Below, one piece after another: positions 13,113 to 26,000 of a stretch of 64,000 bases of DNA; positions within the stretch are counted from its first letter, which is position 1; the number at the start of each line of letters is the position of its first letter. The stretch is taken from positions 2,914,001 through 2,978,000 of the forward strand of contig CM097888.1 in the NCBI GenBank assembly GCA_044892525.1. Direction: 5' to 3'. The notes under the pieces are model-generated. The model was given only the letters and a program-made list of their open reading frames with translations, did no database searches and had not been told where the DNA came from. This DNA comes from Schmidtea polychroa. Lineage: Eukaryota. The translations under genes and the position numbers were made by a program.

Positions 13113-15081
13113 TTAATTTGAAACCACAACGGTAGTTTGTTGTTCCAGCTGATTGAGTTTATCCTGTTTCACTTTTGCCAGTCTCTCCTCTTCTGCAGTT
13201 AGATCAGCGCGGAAAAATATCCGTGCGCTCGTAATTCCATATTCCAGCAATTGGAATTCAGTTTTTCTTTGCTCTAATCTGCGCAAGCTTAACGTTTGCG
13301 TTTGGCGCAGATTTTCATCGCTTTTTGTTGTAGCCAAGCTTTTCTGTAATTCGTTCTGTAGAAATGTTTCCGTAAATAATGAGAAAGAAATTGTCAGTCA
13401 CACGAACTTGTTTAGCATAGTAATAATCATAGACCGACTGGAACCATCCCAGCGAATCGAATTCTTTATATAAATCAAGAACTTTCAAGATAAATGCGAC
13501 TCCTACAATAGTAACAATCAAAGCGCTACTTAGAAAGCAAATATATAAAAAACCTGAAAGAATAGTGAAGGATGTCATAAAGGAATATCATAGTTAATGA
13601 ATATAAAAGGCATAAATATACTTACTCCAATCATTACAACAAAGTTGTTGATCTATAATTATAATAGATAGAGTAATAAGTTATGAGGACTTCAGAGCAA
13701 TTTCAATTTTACTCATCACTAAGTAATTCCTAAAGTAAGCCATTTTTAGTTATTTTTTCATTAATTTATTAAAATTGAGACCATTTTTAGGTAAAATTGC
13801 TCCGAAGTCGACAGGAAATTATGCAAAACTTCATAAATCTTCTTGCGTTTTAATTAAAATTAACATTTAATTGATACATCTGTTGAGATTTTAATAAGAT
13901 AAATATAAGTCGATATTTCTGCCTCCACGTGGTCTGTAAAAACAATTAGACGAACAATACTCAACGCATATTTGTATTCAAATTTGTGTAATCTACAATT
14001 TACAAAACTCCGAATATCGCAATAAAATACCTATTCTGACTAATCAAAAAGTCTTGCTTAACGTGATTCTTTTATTTCCCATTCTTTTATTTAATTTAAT
14101 CCTTTTTAGTCCTAATGTCGATTTCTCCTTCCATACATGAGACAAAATACTGATTGTGTTTGAATTTGAGCTTTCTTATATAGTTGAAATAATCCCATTA
14201 ATTAATGCTATTTCAACTAAATCGTCTCCATTTGATAAGCTTTGCCCTGTGGTTATTTTTTCAATTTTTGCTTCTTAGAAAGAAATGGTTGTTTATCCCA
14301 CCGTTTGTCTCTCTTGCGATAATCTTTTCCCCGTTTGCCCATTACTTACGTTGTCATGATAATGGTTATCCAGAATCTACTTTGCTTATATTTCTTTCCA
14401 TTTACTCAACTCGGGGATTCCTTATTTAACCCTTTCAATACTGTATGGACATATTGTCCCAGAGAATTTAAAGTCTATTTTAATACTATACGGTCATAGG
14501 CTCGTAAACAAGTCCAAACCTGTCTGCTTTTTTCTTTTCTATAAAATTTTGTCAGCCTAGAATCTAGCCTCTAGATCTTGCTAACAAAAAGTAGACACAT
14601 GTGCCATAAATATTACATGAATTATTAAAATAAAAAAATCGTATTGAAAGGGATAATTAATTAACGATTTTCTGTTTTAATACGTTTTCTTTTATTTAAA
14701 ATTTAAATCATTTCTAAACATATTCTGATGAAACCGTTCTCGCAACTATCTTTTCCATCATCTCCTTTACACCTGAAACGTTTTCCAATTTTTAATTCCA
14801 TGATTTCTTGATTTTGAATTTGGAATATTTCTTTTGTTTTAATTGGAAATTTAAGAACTCCAACACAAATGAAAATGCCAATGAAAAAACCATAATTCCA
14901 AATTTTGAAAATTAATGGTAGCAATGCTCTTAAATTTCTGTTGCTAATTGTAAAAATGACAAGAACCCATTTTGTGGACCAACACTTCACAAAATACACA
15001 CCTACGGAGGCACGCTAATGGGCCAGTTAGACCAGCAATGTTAAAGATAGGCTAGCTTAAGTGTAAACCCAAATAATATTA

Positions 15082-15136
<55 letters not shown>

Positions 15137-17584
15137 GTAAAAGAAAAAAAAATTATAATTTAAGCCTTTTGCTGCAAATAATAAATTTAATGAAAAAATT
15201 TTCGACTATANNNNNNNNNNNNNNNNNNNNNNNNNNNNNNNNNNNNNNNNNNNNNNNNNNNNNNNNNNNNNNNNNNNNNNNNNNNNNNNNNNNNNNNNNN
15301 NNNNNNNNNNNNNNNNNNNNNNNNNNNNNNNNNNNNNNNNNNNNNNNNNNNNNNNNNNNNNNNNNNNNNNNNNNNNNNNNNNNNNNNNNNNNNNNNNNNN
15401 NNNNNNNNNNNNNNNNNNNNNNNNNNNNNNNNNNNNNNNNNNNNNNNNNNNNNNNNNNNNNNNNNNNNNNNNNNNNNNNNNNNNNNNNNNNNNNNNNNNN
15501 NNNNNNNNNNNNNNNNNNNNNNNNNNNNNNNNNNNNNNNNNNNNNNNNNNNNATGATATAATGAGCCGTGACTTGCTATAAAACCAATTCATTTTACATT
15601 TATAATTTAAATACTTTATCATTATCAATATTCATCAACATTCAGCTCACACAATATTTCAACTTCTTCCTCAATTTTATAATTAATCAATAACATTAAA
15701 ATAATTCATAAATAAAAATATTGATCTATAATCTGAAATGAATATAATTGATAATTGATAATATGAATCGATAAAAAATTAGATAGAAATTATAAAAAAC
15801 GAATATCTTGAGTCTTAAATGCGATGAAACTCAAAACAATAAGAAAATGAAAAGAGTAGATTTCAAAGAAAAGAGTAGAAATTTGAAAGGTTTCCTTAAA
15901 ATGTATGAAAATAAGATAAAGCTTATATTCGGAGAGAAATTAAGATTAGAAAGGAAGAGGATAAAAACAACCAAAAATACCTATAGCAAATCCATCATCA
16001 GAAAATATGAAAACATCTCGGTTCTTCCTGTTGAATTTATCCCGACACTCCATTATATGATCGACAAAACTCAAGGTCTAGAAACAGAGTAATTGAATGG
16101 AATTATTTCCACTTTTTTTTCATGAAACAATTACCAAAGCTGGAAGTAAAACAAAGAAATTATGGCAGTGCACATTTTTCTTTGATCGGAATTCCATTGC
16201 AAATACGTCAACGAACATCTAGAAATGAAAAATACATATTGATGGAGAGCATATATTGCTATTGGATAAGAATAAACTAATTAATTCATTATTCAATCAG
16301 AATTCGGCTGAAAACAAAACTATTCGTTACAAAAATATATATAGCAATATTCCACATGCAAAATTAACACTAAACAAAAAAATAAATGAAAAATTCAAAT
16401 ATAATAATTTTCAATTGACATTATATTTATTAAATAATTGACTAGGAATCAATAAATATATCGATGTTTTTATTGATATTCATGAATTTTCAGCAAAGCC
16501 TTTTTAAGTGATTATTTGAAGTAATAATTGTTTATTGATATATTGATATAATGATATATTGATATAATGATATAATGATATATTGATATAATGATATATT
16601 GATATAATGATATAATGATATATTGATATAATGATATAATGATATAATGATATATTGATATAATGATATAATGATATAATGATATATTGATATAATGATA
16701 TAATGATATAATGATATATTGATATATTGATATAATGATATATTGATATAATGATATATTGATATAATGATATAATGATATATTGATATAATGATATAAT
16801 GATATAATGATATATTGATATAATGATATAATGAAATATTGACTTTAAATATATATTGTCTAGGTAATATTTGTTGTGTTAATTATTAATAGGATTATTG
16901 TTACGGACATTTAATTAATAAAATATTTTGGAGAAGAGATAAAAATAAAAAAGAAATTAATTGTTATTTTTTGTCATAAAGGATTTTATTTATTGCATTT
17001 GAATAATAATAATAATAAAATCAACAACAACCTTGAAATAGTCTTTGTCTTTCACAAAGAATCGAGACAGGTTTTTGATTACATCATCGACAATTCTAAA
17101 TTTATGTTAATGAGATTTGACAATAAATAACTCTGTCAAACTTGGCGCTGTGTTGGGTTTCCGATGAGAGTCCCGTGTCCCTGACTAATTCTTCAAAATT
17201 TATATCCATAACATCATCATCGGGGAAAAAATTGGCAGAAGCACTACCGCAATGAAGGGCACCAGAGCGAACCGATCTAACAAATGCCATAGCATTACCT
17301 GTGACAATACAATTTGTAATATATCATTTATTAGATCAAATCTCCACCCATTCTAGTGATGTGATTCCTGAACCTATCCAAGGGGTTGCTGCCATCTGGG
17401 TACACAAACATTTTCCTTATAGCTGTACGCAATTGTTCAGCATTATAATATGAGAACTATAAGCAGCAATCATATAATTATAAATATAAATATGAGAAGC
17501 ATTACTGATTTGTCAGTAGTAGCACTTCTTTCTTTGAATTCATGAAGTTCCTAATCAATAATGACGATGATAATAATATTAATA

Positions 17585-17628
<44 letters not shown>

Positions 17629-20600
17629 TAATAATAATAATAATAATAATAATAAATTAAAAAATATTAATATTAATATTTAAAAATAATAATAAGTAAT
17701 ATGAATGATAAAAAATAATAATAATTATAAAATTATTATTACTACTATTAATTAAAATAAAATAATAAAATAATAAATATTAATAATAAAAATAATAAAT
17801 AATAATAATAAAATTAATTTTAATAATAATTAATATAAAATAATAAATAAAAATAATAATAAATATGAATAATAAATAATATGAATAATAATAAAATTAA
17901 TAATAATAATACTTTTATGAGTTTTCCCTTAATTCTTTCATCATAAAGAAACTCGGAGAATTGGAAGAATTTATCCTTCAAGAAAATATAAGCATTATTA
18001 ATGGTTGTATTGATGATCCCCCACCCATGGGTTCTGACAGAATTTGCGACGTGCCTGATGTTGACAGTGTTGAGGAATTTATTATCCGACTGCTTTTCGA
18101 TAAAAACCTGAGTATTGAGGTTGTAAACGTAGAGCGAAGAGAAATTTGCCATTCCTCTCATGATATTGAGAACATCTTTGCCTTGTTCTAGACTTTGGCT
18201 GGGTAAATGCATTTCCGGAGTAGTGAGGCAAATGTTATATTGATTCTGGGCCAATCTACGCATTTCTGCATAATTCCTCCAATCGCTCAGGTATATGGCA
18301 GTTAGATTGTAAAATACGGTTTCCAAATGATGCTCGACATAATCTAGAGATTGTCGTTACGAATACAATGGGATACTTGAAAGAAAAACCTTTAATTCTT
18401 ATATGTCGGTCAAAGAATCTGATTGGCTTAGAATTGATAAAATGTACGAGATTCACTGAAAGAGACGTAGAAGATTTCAATGAAGCGCTGTTACCAACAG
18501 ATGAACTGGAATTGCCAACAGCTGATGAAGACACAATATCCCCACTTCCGGTGAACGGGTTGAGTTCCGATCGGGTTTTCATTATGTGGCTGTACATTTG
18601 AACTCGCAAATCATTTTCTATACATTTACTGATCGGTATTAATAGCTTATTTTCGACAATTTCCAGGATTTGTTTTTCATAGTTCTCTAAGGCGAGGTTT
18701 TTATTTTCCAAGTGAGAGGTTGATAAAAGTCCCTTTACACTGTCCCGTATCGCAGTCAGAATAAACTGAAATGTATAGTGATTATTGAATAGTGATGAAC
18801 CTTCACACGACCCTCGATTTTAGATAGGCAAAGAATCTTTGTGGACATTTTGACAAAAGGAAGTTTTATCAACATTAAATATATTTTTACAGAAAATTAA
18901 TAAAAATAAAAAATGATAAAATAATATATTGCGTTTATTTCAATATTAAATGTTTTGTTGAGGATACCTAAATAATAAATAATATTATAAATAATTAGAA
19001 TAACTTGGGGGAAAATCGATAGGGTGATTGGGATAACACTCTGAAACTTGGAGTGGAAAACAGAAAGGAAAAATTGAGAAATGAGGAAGGTATAACAAAG
19101 CAAAAGAAATTCAACAATAAAGCGGAGAAGGGCCAAGAAAGCAAAAAGAAATTCCAAAATTTGAAAACAAAACACGAAAACAAAATCGGCATCTCCGAAC
19201 TTTCAGAGATATCGTGGAAAATAGAAAAAAGTATGGAAAATGCCAGAAACAGAAATGAAAAAAATGACAAGCTATCCCGAGCGCGGAACTATCAGTGATA
19301 ACACAAGATAAATTATCACAAGTGTCGGACAAGTGCAGACTATAAAACAAAAGTCTTCTTAATGGAAAGGAAAAATTGGTGGTCGAGGAAAAAAAAGGAT
19401 ATCTCGAGAAAATAACTCAGAATTAAACAGTAGAAAAAATTAGAGAAATTAGAAATTGAAAAGAAGAGAAAATATTGAAACTAAACGGTGTGACAAAACT
19501 GAGTTCAATAAGAAAGGTTTAAAGTATATTGAATAAATTCAGTCAAAGCAAAGAAGAATTCAAATCAATTTATCAAACTATTGAATCAGATCAGCGGCTG
19601 GTGATTGTTAAGTAATTTGGAATTATAAGAGTAGAGCTATTCTTCACGTAATGTTGCAATAAACTCTGTGTAATTACCTATTTGAGTATTGAATCGATCG
19701 TGTTGTTATAATTCGTGTAATCAATTGTGATAATCAATAAAGGTTTATATTTTCTGAGAATTGTTATTTTGTGGATCAGATAAAACACGCTTTAGAGTCA
19801 GAAATTTGTTTGGTAACTTTTAACCAACCCAATAACCAATCAGTTTTAATCACGACAATTCAATTTCTTTGAAGACATCAAAAACTGATACTTTTGATAT
19901 AGAAAGATCTTTTCATGGATAAATTTTTATAATATTTCATTATTGCCGCTAAATATTTCAATGAAAAAATGCCTACAATTTGGTCACAATTTATACTCGT
20001 TTCACCGAAGAATGTTAATATACTGGTTTATATATTTAATATTTAATTATATTTAATATACTGATGAGTATCTTCTTTCAGTGTGGTCAAATGCAGTCTT
20101 TACGTTTCCAGCTTATGGAAAACAATATTGAAATTTTTTTTAAATTTTATTTCAATCAATTTTAATATATTATTGAAATAAAATTGAATTCTGTTTTTGG
20201 CATTTCTAATTAGCTAATTGAATTTCTATTGAAAATATTTATAAAAATGAAATGAAATGCTGATAATATGGTGATTATCCTGCAAAGGTATTTCTATTTA
20301 TTTGTTGGGTAAGATTTGTTATTGGATTTATTTGTCCTTTTGATAATATATTACAATATCCTTCAACATCACATACTACAATCTTCATATGGACAGGAAT
20401 CTCTTTCATATTCTGATATATGGTTCAGGTTTTTGGATATTTTTATTTTTGCTAGGTTTATATGATTATCTCCAATTTCACTCATATCCATTATATCAGT
20501 GAGTATTCATAGAAAATGCACACAATCAACTCCGCAAACGTATTATACGTATCATAATCTTGAGTAAGATAAAAATAAACAAAAGATTACAATACAATGT

Positions 20601-23008
20601 TTCGACCAGTCAGAGGGGGGAATGACTTCTACCTCTGACTGGCGGTATATGCATGGGTTATTGTTAAGCTGCTTGTCAAATTGATGTGCGCACACAGACG
20701 CGAGGAATTGGTACGTTTAATTTTATTTTTAAATGTAAAAAATTGATTTGTGACTTTTTTAGATTAGATTTTTCTTGTTGGTTAAAAGAGGGTTTTTTTG
20801 AAATGGTAGTTTTTCTAGAAAAGATAAAGTTCCTTTGTTAAAATGGCTTCAGATGTTAAATGTGATCCTTCAGTTGAAGAATATCTTAATTACATTAAAT
20901 TACAACACATATTTTAATATGCAATATTTGGACTTAACAAACAGAAAGATAGAATTATTCAATTAGAAACTGGGGAATTAGGTACTCCTTATGGATATGC
21001 TAAAGAAGGTTGTTATGCATTATATGACTATCAGGGTACTTTGTCGTCTATTTCATGGATACTCGAAACAATGAAAATCAATAGTCGTATGATTCTGGCT
21101 GCTTCAAAATCAAAGATTGCAACCAACATCTATCCAAACAGTCTTATTTCTGCATCAAGTGATAAATCTATGATGATTTGGGATGACTTTGAAAGTGATG
21201 TTATGTCAAATGATGGTCAATTTGCATTGCTTGGATCATGGGACGGAACTTTAATGCTATGGAATTTATCTGAAGGAAGATATTTATGCACGCTAGAAAT
21301 GTGTGAGATTATTAACAAATTTATCTTCTCGCCAAAAATATATTGGCTATGTGCTGCAACTGGATCGTCTATCCAGTTTTTTGGGAATTGGAAAATAAAG
21401 TTTCGGTTGGAGATTTGGATTATAAACAATCATTCAACGATCCTGTTATTGGAATACAGTTTTATGTAAATGATTTGATTGAAATTAAAGTTCCAATGCA
21501 CTTTCTTTCTTCTGTTCACTCGAAACATACAAAATATAGATCTTACTCATGAAGAAATGTTAACACGGTCTAGAGATGGAAGGAATGATGATTATAAAGA
21601 GAATGAGAAAAAGGACAAATTTATTAGAATGTACAGTAAAGTTTCAAATAAGTTTAAAAATAGCTTTAGCTTCATATGAAGAAATTTGAAGAATAAAGCA
21701 AAAAGATGGAAAGCAGTCACTATTGACAAGCTCAATCTGAGAGCAGGAGTAATGATAAAATAATTTAGTATTTTACTAAATAATCATTGAACCTTAATTT
21801 AGTTTAATTTTCATGTGAGTCTGTTGGAGTCAAGGTAAGGAGGGATTTCTGGGAAATGTAGCTGGAGTCAGGAAATGCTTATATTTAAATATAAACTTGA
21901 TATAAAAACTTTTTTCAATTTTCACCACTGATTTACTTTCAATTGAAATTGATATTATTAATTAAAATTTAATTTTATAATTTACTTTAATTGATTTACA
22001 TTAAAAATTTAAAATAAACAATTTTTAAAGAAAATAATCGAAAATAAATTACAAAATTAGACACAATAAAAATTAGTGAAATTTGTTTTAATAATGCATT
22101 ATAAATTTATCGATTTAGAATATATTGAATCGAGTAGAATGTTAAACTTACCTGCAAATGGCCAACGTTATCAGCATTGTTGAACAAATTTTCCAAATAG
22201 CAAGGAAACACGGAGTCTTTGGCCCAGTAAAAAAAAGTACAATCACAAGCATATCGGACGCTAAATATTAATGAAAATAGATTTCATTGGCCACATAAAA
22301 TTCACTTATCATGGAAATCTGCAAGAAGATCATATTGTCTAAGTTTGTATCGTAAAGCACTACACTCATCTTCCTTGAGAATATCCTAGGAAGGACAATT
22401 TAACAATAAACAGATTCATGAAGCAAGAAAGTGCAACTCGAGCATTGTAAATTTATTTTTAGTGACAATTTTCGTGATAGATTAAGCATACATAAGCATA
22501 CATAAGGGGTTTAACTGAATATATAAATGTATAAATACAATTCGAGCAAATTATCAGAAAATNNNNNNNNNNNNNNNNNNNNNNNNNNNNNNNNNNNNNN
22601 NNNNNNNNNNNNNNNNNNNNNNNNNNNNNNNNNNNNNNNNNNNNNNNNNNNNNNNNNNNNNNNNNNNNNNNNNNNNNNNNNNNNNNNNNNNNNNNNNNNN
22701 NNNNNNNNNNNNNNNNNNNNNNNNNNNNNNNNNNNNNNNNNNNNNNNNNNNNNNNNNNNNNNNNNNNNNNNNNNNNNNNNNNNNNNNNNNNNNNNNNNNN
22801 NNNNNNNNNNNNNNNNNNNNNNNNNNNNNNNNNNNNNNNNNNNNNNNNNNNNNNNNNNNNNNNNNNNNNNNNNNNNNNNNNNNNNNNNNNNNNNNNNNNN
22901 NNNNNNNNNNNNNNNNNNNNNNNNNNNNNNNNNNNNNNNNNNNNNNNNNNNNNNNNNNNNNNNNNNNNNNNNNNNNNNNNNNNNNNNNNNNNATTATGAA
23001 AATGAACA

Positions 23009-23055
<47 letters not shown>

Positions 23056-26000
23056 CAATAATAATATTAATAATCATAATTAAATAATAAAGAAAATAAA
23101 TAATAATGATAAATAATAATAATAAATAATAATATTAATAATAAATAATATTAAATAATAATAAAAATAATATTAATAATCATAATTAATAATTATGAAA
23201 ATAAACAATAATAATAATAATGATAATAATAATAAAAATTAATAATAAATAATATTAAATAATAATAAATAATCTCTATATATAAAAAAGCTAATGGTCC
23301 CCTCCATCCGAATTTTACTTTTTTTTAATATTTTTAAAATTTTTTATTTATTTTTATTTTTTTTATTTAATTTTTATTATTTTTATTGTTTTTATTCTTT
23401 TGTACTTATCGTTCTATATTACTTTGAAATTACTATTATCTTTTATCATTGTTATGTAAACATATTAATAAACTGAATCTTACTCCTGTCCAAGAATACC
23501 CTGGATATTTACTTTATCATTAACCCCACGTTCTAACGGGGTTGGTGAAGCGAAGCGAACAGGGGCAGAGCCCCTAGTAATATTAATAATCATGAAAATA
23601 TTAAATATTAAATAATAATGAAAATAAATAATAATAATAAATAATATTAAATAATAATAATAAACGTTTGGAATTCAAAAGAAATTTACCTCTGGCCGGA
23701 CAATGGATATTGCCAATTTAATAACAGTTCGCCTCTGATGCGAAGCTACCCCATTAAGCATTGCATCAATAACCGAAAGAGATGACATTATATCAAGCTG
23801 TCGACGGGACAGGTTTTTGTCGATTTGATTCTTAATAATGACCTAATTAGGAGAATCTCGTTGAAAATGCAAATGAATAAGCGTAGTTCGATACTTTCAT
23901 ATTCTCAATAATGAGCAAGATTTTCTCAGCCAATGAATGGATAATCACTTCGAGCAAATCGGAAATGAAAATTGCTTGTTTTCTCACAACAGATTCGATA
24001 ACTTTTGTGAATTCAAGTCCACGACAGATCAAACCGCTAGTGGTACGAGTGATTGACTGTTTGAGGTCGGAATGGAGTTGGAGGACAGTTTGGCACATAA
24101 TCCTGCTCCTGTAAATAAATCAGATTTATTGGACGGAACGACATGATGCCGGGATCAGTCAAATCTTTTCAATACTTTCCAACTAATTCTAGGCTAGGAA
24201 TTTATGAGGGAAATCAAATTTTCGGTTCATAATCGATTATCAGAATTTGCATCCAGTGTTAATTGCATATAAATTGCGTGTTACTATTTATAGATATGGC
24301 TTGTAATGAGTTACATTCTCAACTCAGTGAATCCGGTATATAACAAATTGCTCACCTTAGCTTATTATTAATTTTCTATATGATCCTAAGTTAGAAATGT
24401 CATCAAATGACGCAGAGGTATTGCATGGTCAATTTGAACTGGTATTTGTGGATTAGAAATATCTTCATTGCTTCTTTCAATTGGCAATTAAAATACATTT
24501 ATGCAGTTTCAATTTGAATCAATAATTTTGTCAATATAATTTCTTTATTGAATTATGCTTTCTTAACTACTAATGTCTATTTTGTTACTATTTTCTCTAT
24601 TATTTCTTTCCTATCTGTGAATTCAAATTTTGTTTTTATAGTTTGCTTTCATTTATACATTATTATAGGTAATTGTTATGAAAAATCAATAATATGAGGT
24701 TAGACAGAATATTACAGAATAAATTACTTGTTAGCCAAAAAGAGACCCTCAATGAGGATCGCTGCAAGACGAGTAGGACTCTTGTGGATTTCGGATTGAT
24801 TACGGAGAGTCCCGTCCATATTGATACACCAGGGAATTAAACGTTGGTATAGCCCGGCCAGTTCTTTTGCAAAATTTGCTCCGGTTCTTTCCTGTAGATA
24901 AGTTTTAGGCCTGGCTTTTCCCTGTTCAGTTTGTTTTGGATCAATAAATTTTGACAAGTATGGAATGCAATTTTTCAGGAATTGAAGAGGATACCAAACT
25001 CTATTTCCGGGCAAGGAAACAGCTGGCAACTACAAACCACCATTATTATAGGCCAATAACACTTAGGGCTTTACTTTATTGAGAAAGCTAAGTATATCCT
25101 TAAGGAGTTTTCTGTCAGCGTTACCAAATATTGTCACGTATAATCCATATAATCCACACCAGCCGACAAATTCTTCCCGTTCATTTGTTTCCAAATATGT
25201 TGCGGTGTCGATTTTCGAACTCAGCCAAAGAAATCTGTTTTTGATGGCTTTGTTGAAAATTACAGCTAGAGAACTGTTTTTAACATTTGTTACTTGCCCA
25301 GCTTCGTCATCGAAATTTTGAATGCAGCAATTCTAGAAACCAATTAAACGTTTTTGTTTCTTCAAAAATTATGGACATAGAAGTTTACATGAAGAGTAAC
25401 AAAGCTTTTCAACTATTATGGTAAATTATTCTGAAATTAATATCACATTCTATCCCAATGTTATCTGAAAATCTATTTTCTCTCAAATGATGCATAATTT
25501 GTCCAATTTATTAAGTATTATAGGTTAAATATTAACAAAATTGATTTATTTCAATTTAATTTATTGATTTGAATTTTTGAATAATAAATTTTAATTTACA
25601 AATTGATAATTTTATTCCAATTATTTCTTTGAAAACTATTACACTATGTTAAATATTAAATTTATTGATTATATTCAGTTAGTCATAGGAAAACAAACCC
25701 ATTTAAAAGGAAATTCGTTTGTAAAATTTGTATTTGAATTAATAAATCTTTTAGTTAATGTTATCTTTATTTATTTATATAAGTGACCACAATTGAAACC
25801 TCAACTGTACACAAGTACACCATTGATTGACTTGGAATCTTCTGATGGATTTCTTCTGTTCTTTGACCGATTGCAATTGGATAAAATCCGTTTAATTTAG
25901 AAACAATTTCATTAATTAATTAGAAATATTAACATTAATTACACTTATCCTAATTGAGACTGTAGAACTTTACACCTAAACATAACATTTCTAGCAGATA

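Noticed and set aside
18897-19350. Lys/Glu-rich and Phe-rich overlapping ORFs in WASHC4 intron 13
   Set aside because: Low-complexity purine-rich sequence with no recognisable domain.
20595-20650. Possible Penelope-type hammerhead ribozyme (11-bp stem CCAGTCAGAGG/CCTCTGACTGG next to rc CGAAAC)
   Set aside because: The CUGANGA core is absent on the relevant strand, so this is at best a decayed remnant.
21014-21037. SH3 domain suggested by YALYDYQ
   Set aside because: Only the first motif is present; the WW/GxxPxNY elements are missing.
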